Positions 56,951 to 64,000 of a stretch of DNA of 64,000 nt are shown here, in pieces. The notes under the pieces are model-generated. The model was not told the DNA's origin and ran no database searches. It saw only the letters and a list, made by a program, of their open reading frames with translations. The position numbers and the translations under genes are program-made. The stretch spans positions 145,880-209,879 of the forward strand of contig NZ_JARCJD010000005.1 in the NCBI RefSeq assembly GCF_028890115.1, in the 5' to 3' direction. Origin of the DNA: Phaeobacter sp. QD34_24. GTDB lineage: Bacteria; Pseudomonadota; Alphaproteobacteria; Rhodobacterales; Rhodobacteraceae. Every line of letters begins with the position of its first letter. Within the stretch, counting starts at the first letter, position 1.

Positions 56951-57811
56951 GGTGAAGAGCCCCGCCGCCACAACGATACCGGCGCCGAGCGCCACGTTGA
57001 AGCGGATCGTCTCGGCAAAGACCACAAGCCCCAGCATAGCCGCCCAGGGCAACTGCAGATAGGCAAAGGGCTGCACCGCGCTGGCCTCGGCAGCCTCGTA
57101 GCAGCGGATCAGAAGGTAGTGCCCAAGTGCCCCGGTCAGGCACAACAGCCCCATCCAGCCCCAATCCGGCGCGCTCATCGCCTCCCAGTTCCAGAGGCCG
57201 ATCGGCGTCATGAAGACAACGCCGACAACGCCCACGTAAAAGAAACTGGTCGCCGAATTGTCCTTTCGCGCCGCATAGCGCGTCAGCAGCCCGTATAGGG
57301 CAAACATCAAGGCCGCCAGAAGCGGCACAAGGGCCGCGGGTTGGAAGACGCCAACGCCGGGTTCCAGGATGATCAGCACCCCCAGGAAACCGACCAGAAT
57401 CGCACTCCAGCGCCAGATCCCGACCTTCTCGCCCAGGATGGGTCCCGACAGCGCCGCGATCAACAAGGGGTAGGAGACGAACACAGCATGGCTTTCCACC
57501 AGCCCCAAAAGGGTAAAGGCCAGCACCATGACGCAGATTTCGGCCGCGCAGATGAAACCGCGAAAGATCTGCAGCCAGATCTGCCGGGTGCGGGCGACCT
57601 TTTTCAGCCCGCCGGGCTGGCGCAACGCGATGGACACCACGAAGAGCGACAGGAACCAGTAGCGGATCATCACCACCATATAGACGTTGTATTCCCCCGC
57701 CAGATGGCGCGAGATCCCGTCCTGCAGAGCAAAGACGATGGTGGCGCCGATCATCAGCAGCACGCCAAGGCGCGTGTTATCTCCTGCCGCGTGGGTCTCT
57801 GTGCTGCTCAT
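56924..57811 (-). CDS. DMT-superfamily (EamA-type) transporter
   Basis: 295 aa from MSSTETHAAGDNTRLGVLLMIGATIVFALQDGISRHLAGEYN...; 10 TM helices, two EamA repeats. The 78-codon N-terminal extension in the track ORF was trimmed. Its 3' end overlaps the slt 3' end (convergent). Confidence 0.75.
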   Translation of the reverse strand: MSSTETHAAGDNTRLGVLLMIGATIVFALQDGISRHLAGEYNVYMVVMIRYWFLSLFVVSIALRQPGGLKKVARTRQIWLQIFRGFICAAEICVMVLAFTLLGLVESHAVFVSYPLLIAALSGPILGEKVGIWRWSAILVGFLGVLIILEPGVGVFQPAALVPLLAALMFALYGLLTRYAARKDNSATSFFYVGVVGVVFMTPIGLWNWEAMSAPDWGWMGLLCLTGALGHYLLIRCYEAAEASAVQPFAYLQLPWAAMLGLVVFAETIRFNVALGAGIVVAAGLFTLWRERRKG

Positions 57812-58506
57812 GCCAGTTCTGCCTTTGTCATATGTCTCTTGCGCCCATAGCCCGGGATGCGGGTAACGGTGAAACCCGCCGCCTCCAGCCCCCGACGCAC
57901 GAAGCCCGCCGCCGTATAGGTTGCTGCCGTGCCGCCGGGCGCCGTGTGCCGGGCCACTTCCGCCATCAGATCCTCGCCCCACAACTCGGGGTTCTTGGCC
58001 GGGGAAAACCCGTCCAGAAACCAGGCATCGGCCTGCCCTGTCCACTCCGGCAGCGACAGGCGCGCGTCGCCCCTGACCATCTGAAACTGCAGGGTGTCAA
58101 AGGTGCAGCTGCCCTCCCCGCTCCATTTTGCCAGAAATCGTTCGGCCCAGGGGGTGACGGCGGGAAAGGCCGTTTGCGCCTTTGCCATATCGGCGGGCAC
58201 CATTGGGAAGGCCTCGAAGCTGGTGAACCGTAGCGCGCCGCTCTGCCCGCTTTCCTCCCACAGTTTCCAGGCAGCAAGCAGGTTCAGCCCGGTGCCAAAA
58301 CCCAGCTCCGCAATGTGAAAACCGGGGGCAAAGCGCGTCGGCAGATCGTTCCCGGCCAGAAACACATGCTCTGTCTCCGCCAGCCCGTCCTGGATCGAGA
58401 AATAGGGATCGTCGAACTGGTCTGACACCGGAACGCTGCCGTCGCGCCAGCTGAGGCTGGCCTGCTGATCACGGGCTTGCCGATCACGGGCCTGCTGGTC
58501 TGCCAT
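57808..58506 (-). CDS. tRNA (mnm5s2U34) methyltransferase, stand-alone MnmC N-terminal-domain homolog (DUF752)
   Basis: 232 aa from MADQQARDRQARDQQASLSWRDGSVPVSDQFDDPYFSIQDGLAETEHVFLAGNDL...HIAELGFGTGLNLL...DAWFLDGFSPAKNPELW...; blockwise identity to the E. coli MnmC N-domain. The 199-codon upstream extension of the track ORF was trimmed. Confidence 0.7.
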   Translation of the reverse strand: MADQQARDRQARDQQASLSWRDGSVPVSDQFDDPYFSIQDGLAETEHVFLAGNDLPTRFAPGFHIAELGFGTGLNLLAAWKLWEESGQSGALRFTSFEAFPMVPADMAKAQTAFPAVTPWAERFLAKWSGEGSCTFDTLQFQMVRGDARLSLPEWTGQADAWFLDGFSPAKNPELWGEDLMAEVARHTAPGGTAATYTAAGFVRRGLEAAGFTVTRIPGYGRKRHMTKAELA

Positions 58507-58564
58507 GCTGTTTTCCCCTAAGTGATATGGCGAAGTGGCGCGACACTGGCGAAAGGGCGGGCGA

Positions 58565-59629
58565 ATGGCAATGGCAGATATCACGGCTGATATCACTGTG
58601 CGCGGGGCAGGCATCTTCGGCCTCTCCATCGCCTGGGCCTGCGCCCGGCGCGGCGCAAAGGTGCAGGTGATCGATCCCTTCGGCCCGGGCGCCGGCTCCA
58701 GCGGCGGCCTTGTGGGCGCGCTGGCGCCACATGTGCCGGAGAACTGGAACCCCAAGAAGCAGTTCCAATTCGAAAGCCTGTTGAGGGCCGAAGGCTTCTG
58801 GGCCGAGGTGGAACAGGCAGGCGGCGTTTCACCCGGATATGGGCGCACAGGACGGCTGCAACCGATCAATGACGCCCGCACGCTGGAGCTGGCCCGCCAG
58901 CGCGAAGCCACGGCAGCAGAGCTCTGGCGGACAGAAGCAGGACCACAGGCCGAATGGAAGGTCCGCCCGGCCGAGGCATTCGGAGACTGGGCACCGCCCA
59001 GCGCCACCGGCCTCGTGATCCACGATACGCTCAGCGCCCGCATGCACCCGCGCCGCGCCTGCGCTGCCCTCGTGGCGGCCCTGAAGGCGCAAGGTGTTCC
59101 CATCCTTTCAGACGGGGACGATCAAGGACAGGTTGTCCACGCCAGCGGATACGCGGGGCTACAAGACCTGAACCGACTGCTCGGCAAACCCATCGGTAGC
59201 GGCGTCAAGGGACAGGCCGCCCTGCTGCGTCACGACGCCGGAGAAGTGCCCCAGCTCTATGCCGACAGCCTGCACATCATCCCGCATGCGGACGGTACCG
59301 TAGCCATCGGCTCCACCAGCGAGCGGGAGTTTGATGACGCGGGAAGCACAGACGAACAGCTGGACGATATCCTCACCCGCGCCCGCGCTGCTCTCCCTCT
59401 ACTGCAGCAGGCCCAGGTGATCGAGCGCTGGGCCGGGGTCCGCCCCCGCGCCAAGTCCCGCGCGCCCATGCTGGGCGCCTGGCCGGATCGCCCCGGTCAC
59501 TTCATCGCCAACGGCGGCTTCAAGATCGGCTTTGGCATGGCCCCCAAGGTGGCCGAGGTCATGACCGACCTGCTTCTGGAGCAGACCGACAGCATTCCCC
59601 ATGGGTTCCGCATCGAAGACAACCTCTGA
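58565..59629 (+). CDS. FAD-dependent oxidoreductase (DAO family; MnmC C-terminal oxidase-domain-like)
   Basis: ~354 aa from MAMADITADITVRGAGIFGLSIAWACARRGAKVQVIDP (GxGxxG FAD fold). Divergent from the DUF752 methyltransferase gene. Confidence 0.65.
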   Translation: MAMADITADITVRGAGIFGLSIAWACARRGAKVQVIDPFGPGAGSSGGLVGALAPHVPENWNPKKQFQFESLLRAEGFWAEVEQAGGVSPGYGRTGRLQPINDARTLELARQREATAAELWRTEAGPQAEWKVRPAEAFGDWAPPSATGLVIHDTLSARMHPRRACAALVAALKAQGVPILSDGDDQGQVVHASGYAGLQDLNRLLGKPIGSGVKGQAALLRHDAGEVPQLYADSLHIIPHADGTVAIGSTSEREFDDAGSTDEQLDDILTRARAALPLLQQAQVIERWAGVRPRAKSRAPMLGAWPDRPGHFIANGGFKIGFGMAPKVAEVMTDLLLEQTDSIPHGFRIEDNL

Positions 59630-59682
59630 GGCGCGCGTTTCTGCTGTGCTCCGGGTCAAGGGAGGCGCAGCCTGCGCGCATC

Positions 59683-59850
59683 GCGCGCCTTGCCCTTGAC
59701 GCGAAGCGCAACCCCCACAATCGGGATCGCGCTTTTGAGGGGCAGACCTGCCCCTCAAAACGCTTCTCAGCCCCTTTTGCGCCGCGCAGCGGCGCCGGGC
59801 CCAACTGGCAGCGTCATATTCGCAGAATATGGCCCGGCAGGCGGGAGCCC
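59683..59850 (+). repeat. REP-like repeat, extended copy R7
   Basis: CCTTGACGC...TTGAGGGGCAGACCTGCCCCTCAAA (hairpin) ... CGCCGCgcaGCGGCGCCGGGCCCAACTGGCAG + palindrome CATATTCGCAGAATATG + GCCCGGCAGGCGGGAGCCC. Lies between convergent genes. Confidence 0.6.
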
Positions 59851-59855
59851 TTCCG

Positions 59856-60677
59856 TCAGGCCCCTTCAGCCGTGGCACTCATGCATTGCCGCCCATCGGG
59901 GCCGCGCACCCATAGATCATTCCCGTTGCGGCAGAAGGTAGCTGTTTCAAAATGCATCAAGGGGGAAGAGGCCCGGAAGGAAAACCGCTTCAAGGGGCCG
60001 ATCACCTCTTCCGCCAAAAGCATCAGTTTCTGCGCCAGCAGGGGGCCATGCACCACCAGCCCCTCATAGCCCTCCACATCGCGCGCATAATCGAGATCAT
60101 AGTGGATCCGGTGCCCGTTGAAGGTCAGCGCCGAGTAGCGAAACAGCAGGGTCGAGGAAAACATCTCCTCCCGTGCATCAGTCTCATCCTGACGCGCCTC
60201 AGGCGCAATCGGCTGTTGCGCCGCCGGATCAGGATCCTCCCGATAGACCAGATCCTGCCATTCCGTCAGACACAGCCGCCCCTCCTGCCAAACCTCGTGC
60301 CGCAGGGTCACAAAGGCCAGCGGTCCGCTGCGCCCCTCTTTGTGTTCCGCGCGCTCCAACACCGAGTGTTTCTCGGCCCGGATCCCGGCGCACAAAGGCG
60401 CATCGAACTGCAAACGACCACCCGCCCACATGCGGCGCGGCAAGCCCAGGTCGGGGATCAACCCGCCAGCCGCACCCACGCGCGGATGGCCATCCCGCCC
60501 CAGACATTCAGGCGGCTGGGGCGCCCAGAAGTAGAGCTGATGGAAAAACGGCGGCAAGGGGCTGCCTGCGCTGATCGTCGCCTGCCGCCCCAGCGCCACC
60601 TCAAAGGCAGCGGCGCGGGCGGGATCCATTACGTCGCTCTGACGCTCTTCGGTCGGGGTATCTGGCTGCTCTGTCAT
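59856..60677 (-). CDS. MaoC-like/hotdog-fold dehydratase family protein (double-hotdog, HTD2/mesaconyl-CoA-hydratase-like)
   Basis: 273 aa; N-terminal MaoC_dehydrat_N-like half and a C-terminal hotdog half (GYEGLVVHGPLLAQKLML). Confidence 0.55.
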   Translation of the reverse strand: MTEQPDTPTEERQSDVMDPARAAAFEVALGRQATISAGSPLPPFFHQLYFWAPQPPECLGRDGHPRVGAAGGLIPDLGLPRRMWAGGRLQFDAPLCAGIRAEKHSVLERAEHKEGRSGPLAFVTLRHEVWQEGRLCLTEWQDLVYREDPDPAAQQPIAPEARQDETDAREEMFSSTLLFRYSALTFNGHRIHYDLDYARDVEGYEGLVVHGPLLAQKLMLLAEEVIGPLKRFSFRASSPLMHFETATFCRNGNDLWVRGPDGRQCMSATAEGA

Positions 60678-60748
60678 GGCGCGACTTTACTCCGCCCCGC
60701 CAAAAGGACAAGCGGCGGGAGACCTCCGCCCCGCCCGGCACCATCGGA

Positions 60749-61291
60749 TCAACGGCCGATTTCTGCGCGCAGCTTTTGCATCAGCGTCTCAAGGGTGTTG
60801 CGATAGAGATCGCTTTTCAACTGCCCCTGGTCGTCAAACTCATTGGACGAATTCGCCAGGTGCAGCTCAGGCCCCGAAATGAGGCGCGGCTGGAACGGCA
60901 CCATGAAGCCGCGCAGCACCATCTGCGCCCGCTCGCCGCCTGCGCGCCCCGCCGCTGCCGACATCACCGCCACGGGTTTATCTGCCCAGGGGGCGCCATC
61001 GGTCCGGCTCACCCAGTCCAGCGCGTTCTTCAAGGCCCCCGACGGTCCCTTGTTGTATTCCGGCGTGGAAATCGCCACCGCATCGGCTGCGGCAATCTGA
61101 TCCGCCAGCGCCTGCACCGCAGCAGGCACGCCGACCCGCTCCTCGTCATCGCCATTGTAAAGCGGCAGGTTCAGATCACCTTCGACATGGGTGGAGGGGC
61201 CAAAAAAGCGCGCGGCCTCCTTCAGCAGCAGGCGATTGCTCGCCCCCGCACGCAGAGATCCCGACAGAGTGAGAAGCACCGGATTGCTCAT
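60749..61291 (-). CDS. NAD(P)H-dependent FMN reductase
   Basis: 180 aa from MSNPVLLTLSGSLRAGASNRLLLKEAARFF...; flavodoxin-like fold with LSGSLR and PEYNKGPSGALKNALDW blocks. Confidence 0.75.
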   Translation of the reverse strand: MSNPVLLTLSGSLRAGASNRLLLKEAARFFGPSTHVEGDLNLPLYNGDDEERVGVPAAVQALADQIAAADAVAISTPEYNKGPSGALKNALDWVSRTDGAPWADKPVAVMSAAAGRAGGERAQMVLRGFMVPFQPRLISGPELHLANSSNEFDDQGQLKSDLYRNTLETLMQKLRAEIGR

Positions 61292-61420
61292 ATCAATGTC
61301 CTTTGAGTTCAAAGCCGCAATGGCGCAGACCTTAGATCGGCCCGTTTCAAAGGCAAAGACCTGTCGCTGCGGAGCCTATGTGCATCAGTTCACAGCCGCG
61401 TGCCCAAAAGAGCGCGCCCG

Positions 61421-62080
61421 CTACTGCGGGATGATCACGATCTCCACCCGCCGGTTCTGCGCCTTGCCCTCTTCGGTGAGGTTGCTGGCAACCGGCTCCG
61501 CCTCTCCGCGACCGATGGTGCGGATCCGATTGTAGGGCACGCCGCCCGCCTGGATCTGATCGGCCACCACAGATGCGCGACGCTCGGACAGGCCCTGATT
61601 GTAGGCCGCATCGCCATCGCTGTCGGTATGGCCGATCACCTGCACTGTGCTATTGGGATAGCGCACCAGACTGTCCGCGACCTTCAGCAGGTCCGCGCGG
61701 ATCGACGGCGTAAGATCCGAGCTGTCGGTGGCAAAGGTCAGATCATCCGGCAACAGCAGGATCAGCCGGTCTCCGGTATTGACGATGGCAATGCGATCAT
61801 TAGCGATCGACTGTCGCAGCTCGGCTTCCTGCTTGTCCAGTTGGCTGCCGATCAAACCGCCCGCAAGGGCACCAGCGGCGGCGCCACCGATCACGGCTGC
61901 GGTCTTATTGCTTGCTCCCGAAAGGGCACCGATGCCGGCCCCCAGAATACCGCCTGCGATCAAACCCTGGCGCTCCTTGCTGGGGCTGCCATCCCTGTTC
62001 AGCATGGCCGGGTCGGTACAGGCGCCAAGGCCAAGAACCAGACTCACCGCCGCCACGGTCGAGATTTTCAAAATCGTCAT
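61421..62080 (-). CDS. OmpA-family outer-membrane lipoprotein with glycine-zipper region
   Basis: 219 aa from MTILKISTVAAVSLVLGLGAC (lipobox LGAC); a G-rich zipper (GGILGAGIGALSG...AAAGALAGGLIG) and a C-terminal OmpA_C peptidoglycan-binding domain (VIGHTDSDGDAAYNQGLSERRA...RRVEIVI). Confidence 0.7.
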   Translation of the reverse strand: MTILKISTVAAVSLVLGLGACTDPAMLNRDGSPSKERQGLIAGGILGAGIGALSGASNKTAAVIGGAAAGALAGGLIGSQLDKQEAELRQSIANDRIAIVNTGDRLILLLPDDLTFATDSSDLTPSIRADLLKVADSLVRYPNSTVQVIGHTDSDGDAAYNQGLSERRASVVADQIQAGGVPYNRIRTIGRGEAEPVASNLTEEGKAQNRRVEIVIIPQ

Positions 62081-62213
62081 TTCCTTCAGCCTTTTGCCTG
62101 CTCCGCGTGGCGTGCAGCCTGGCCCGAGCCAGCTGCAGTCATGCCTGTTTTGCGGGCAGTATTGCGGCTGTCCCATCCCCGTTCAAGACCCGTTCACGAA
62201 AAGACCGAGGCCC

Positions 62214-63089
62214 TTAGGCGGATTGCCGCCCCTCCACGCTGGCCGCGATCTTGCTGTCGTCCTGTGCCGACTCGAAGGCCAGCATGGCCCGTTTGACCCC
62301 CGTGCCCCAATGATATCCGCCCAGGGCGCCGGATTTGCGCAGGGCGCGGTGACAGGGAATGAGCCAGCTGACCGGGTTCTTGCCCACCGCCGTCCCCACC
62401 GCCCGCACCGCACGGGGGGAGCCTATGGCGCGCGCCAGCTCGGAATAGGTGGTGACATGGCCCGAGGGGATGCGCAGCAGCGCCTCCCAGACCTTGATCT
62501 GAAGCGGCGCCCCGATCATATGCAGCGCCGCCTCCCCGCGTTGGGAAAAGATGGCCTCTGCCAGCGGACGCAGCCCCATGGGATCCTCGACGAACGTCGC
62601 ACTGGGCCAGCGGGCGCGCATGTCGGCCATGGTTGGTTCAGCCCCGACCTCTGCCGCGAAGGCCAGCCCGCAGATGCCTTTTTCGGTGCCCATGACCAGA
62701 GCCAGGCCAAAGGGGCTGTCAAACCAGCCCCAGCGGATCTGCAGCCCCGCGCCTTTGCGGGCATATTCGCCGGGGCTCATCGCCTCCCAGCGCAGGAAGA
62801 GATCATGCAGGCGTCCCGATCCCGACAGCCCCACCGCATGGGCGGTCTCTAGCGTGGAAAACCGCTCCTGCAGCAGCGTCTTTGCGTGACCCAGCCGCAG
62901 ATATTGCTGATAGCGCTTGGGAGAGACGCCCACCCAGGCCGAAAACACCCGCTGAAAATGGGCCGGACTCATCTGCATACGCGCGGCCAGCATCTCAAGG
63001 CTCAGATCTTCCCCGCCCGCGTCGATCACCTCGATCGCACGCCGGATGACGCCGTAGTGATAGCTGTCTTCTTGCGCCTGACCGGTCAT
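62214..63089 (-). CDS. ada: Bifunctional AraC-type regulator / methylated-DNA--protein-cysteine methyltransferase (Ada)
   Basis: 291 aa from MTGQAQEDSYHYGVIRRAIEV...; an AraC HTH (LSLEMLAARMQMSPAHFQRVF) plus an MGMT domain with active site IPCHRA. Confidence 0.8.
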   Translation of the reverse strand: MTGQAQEDSYHYGVIRRAIEVIDAGGEDLSLEMLAARMQMSPAHFQRVFSAWVGVSPKRYQQYLRLGHAKTLLQERFSTLETAHAVGLSGSGRLHDLFLRWEAMSPGEYARKGAGLQIRWGWFDSPFGLALVMGTEKGICGLAFAAEVGAEPTMADMRARWPSATFVEDPMGLRPLAEAIFSQRGEAALHMIGAPLQIKVWEALLRIPSGHVTTYSELARAIGSPRAVRAVGTAVGKNPVSWLIPCHRALRKSGALGGYHWGTGVKRAMLAFESAQDDSKIAASVEGRQSA

Positions 63090-63270
63090 TGCCTGCTCTC
63101 CTGCGTTTTGCACTCCGGAGAGAGTAACCAAGAGCTGCGCGCCAAACGACCCGGATTTTGCGCTTTGCTGCCGATGCCCCTGTTCCAGAGGCAACAGGTC
63201 GCAAGCCCTGCGAAACCAAGGAGACGTTTTTCGTTTGCGTGGTCGGACACGGATCGGCAAAAGGGGCGGC

Positions 63271-63915
63271 ATGGCAAAGCAACTCGATTACCACACCCTG
63301 CGAGAGATCTTTTCGCGGTTTCAGGCAGCCGAGCCGGAACCCAAGGGCGAACTGGACCATGTGAATGTCTACACATTGGTGGTGGCCGTCGCCCTGTCGG
63401 CACAGGCCACGGACGCAGGCGTCAACAAGGCCACGCGCGAACTGTTCAAGATCGCGGACACCCCGCAAAAGATGCTGGACCTCGGCGAAGAGGGGCTGAT
63501 CGAACATATCAAGACGATCGGCCTGTTCCGCAACAAGGCCAAGAACGTCATCAAGATGGCCCGCATTCTGGTCGATGATTACGGCGGCGAAGTGCCAAAC
63601 TCCCGCGCCGCGCTGCAATCGCTGCCGGGGGTGGGTCGCAAGACCGCCAATGTGGTTCTGAACATGTGGTGGCACTACCCGGCGCAGGCGGTGGATACCC
63701 ATATCTTCCGGGTCGGCAACCGTTCCGGCATCTGCCCCGGCAAGGATGTGGACGCGGTCGAGCGCGCCATCGAAGACAATATCCCGGTCGATTTCCAGCA
63801 GCACGCCCATCACTGGATGATCCTGCACGGCCGTTATCACTGCAAGGCACGCAAGCCGATGTGCGGCACCTGCCTCATCCGCGACCTGTGCCAATACGAG
63901 GACAAGAACTTATGA
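63271..63915 (+). CDS. nth: Endonuclease III
   Basis: 214 aa: MAKQLDYHTLREIFSRF...; HhH-GPD motif (LPGVGRKTANVVL) and a C-terminal 4Fe-4S Cys cluster (CKARKPMCGTCLIRDLC). Confidence 0.9.
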   Translation: MAKQLDYHTLREIFSRFQAAEPEPKGELDHVNVYTLVVAVALSAQATDAGVNKATRELFKIADTPQKMLDLGEEGLIEHIKTIGLFRNKAKNVIKMARILVDDYGGEVPNSRAALQSLPGVGRKTANVVLNMWWHYPAQAVDTHIFRVGNRSGICPGKDVDAVERAIEDNIPVDFQQHAHHWMILHGRYHCKARKPMCGTCLIRDLCQYEDKNL

Positions 63916-64000
63916 AAACCTACCAGATTGTCGGCATCGGCAACGCCGTCGTCGATGTGATCAGCCAATGCGACGACAGCTTTCTTGACCATATGGGGAT
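63912..64000 (+). CDS. PfkB-family carbohydrate/adenosine kinase, 5' fragment; continues beyond the window
   Basis: MKTYQIVGIGNAVVDVISQCDDSFLDHMG, the typical PfkB N-terminus. Its start overlaps the nth stop (ATGA). Confidence 0.5.
   Translation, partial: MKTYQIVGIGNAVVDVISQCDDSFLDHMG

Noticed and set aside
57808-59103. 431-aa minus-strand ORF upstream-extended over the MnmC-like methyltransferase
   Set aside because: The 199-codon N-terminal extension is antisense to the divergent FAD-oxidoreductase gene. Homology to MnmC begins at the ATG at 58506.
1-64000. CRISPR arrays, IS elements, prophage, toxin-antitoxin pairs, rRNA
   Set aside because: No evenly spaced short direct repeats with unique spacers. 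No transposase/integrase-like ORFs. No 16S/23S/5S signatures. The only repeats are the REP-like family described above.

Overview
This is a high-GC (~63%) alphaproteobacterial chromosomal segment with Rhodobacteraceae/Roseobacter-type gene content and about 65 protein genes, one tRNA and no rRNA. Recognisable blocks in order: (1) rpsU with the divergently transcribed COQ9-family gene; cytochrome P450 with a divergent MarR regulator; PPK2; a GMC oxidoreductase. (2) The classic divergent lrp-ald pair; mscL; an MscS-family channel. (3) A LysR regulator divergent from a methyltransferase-YtoQ-GNAT operon. (4) The ribosomal/aminoacyl-tRNA-synthetase cluster pyk-(small membrane ORF)-rpmI-rplT-(class III nucleotidyl cyclase on the opposite strand)-pheS-(lower-GC orphan ORF)-pheT. 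(5) An N-formylglutamate-amidohydrolase-family gene, a DUF1244 gene and a LigB-type dioxygenase. (6) A D-glutamate catabolism cluster: AstE/AspA-family deacylase, D-amino-acid aminotransferase, small DMT transporter, DgcA-like N-acyl amino acid racemase, DgcN-like DUF1611 protein. (7) L-malyl-CoA lyase (mcl1), a second lrp-lysE pair, accA, an SPFH/flotillin-like protein, a GntR regulator, a YgjP hydrolase, a FYDLN_acid protein and tRNA-Ala(GGC). (8) A ~16 kb taurine to sulfoacetaldehyde to sulfite to sulfate island: tpa, tauR (MocR type), xsc, tauE/safE, pta, a divergent citrate-synthase paralog, tauZ/yeiH and soeABC, with an embedded arsR-arsP pair and a GNAT gene. (9) dapA, a soluble lytic transglycosylase, an EamA transporter, a split MnmC (methyltransferase and FAD oxidase as separate divergent genes), a MaoC hydratase, an FMN reductase, an OmpA lipoprotein, ada, nth and the start of a PfkB kinase. 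The six-frame track contains many long GC-artifact antisense ORFs and TTG/GTG-extended starts; starts were trimmed to the first plausible ATG with an RBS. No CRISPR array, IS element, integrase or prophage is visible. The most interesting unexplained signals are: (a) a family of eight intergenic REP-like structured repeats, seven on the + strand and one inverted, sharing the blocks GGCCCAACGGGAG and CGGGCGGGAGC around variable palindromes; (b) a lower-GC orphan membrane-protein gene inserted between pheS and pheT; (c) a cyclase gene inside the rplT-pheS junction; (d) candidate TauR direct-repeat operators upstream of xsc and tpa.
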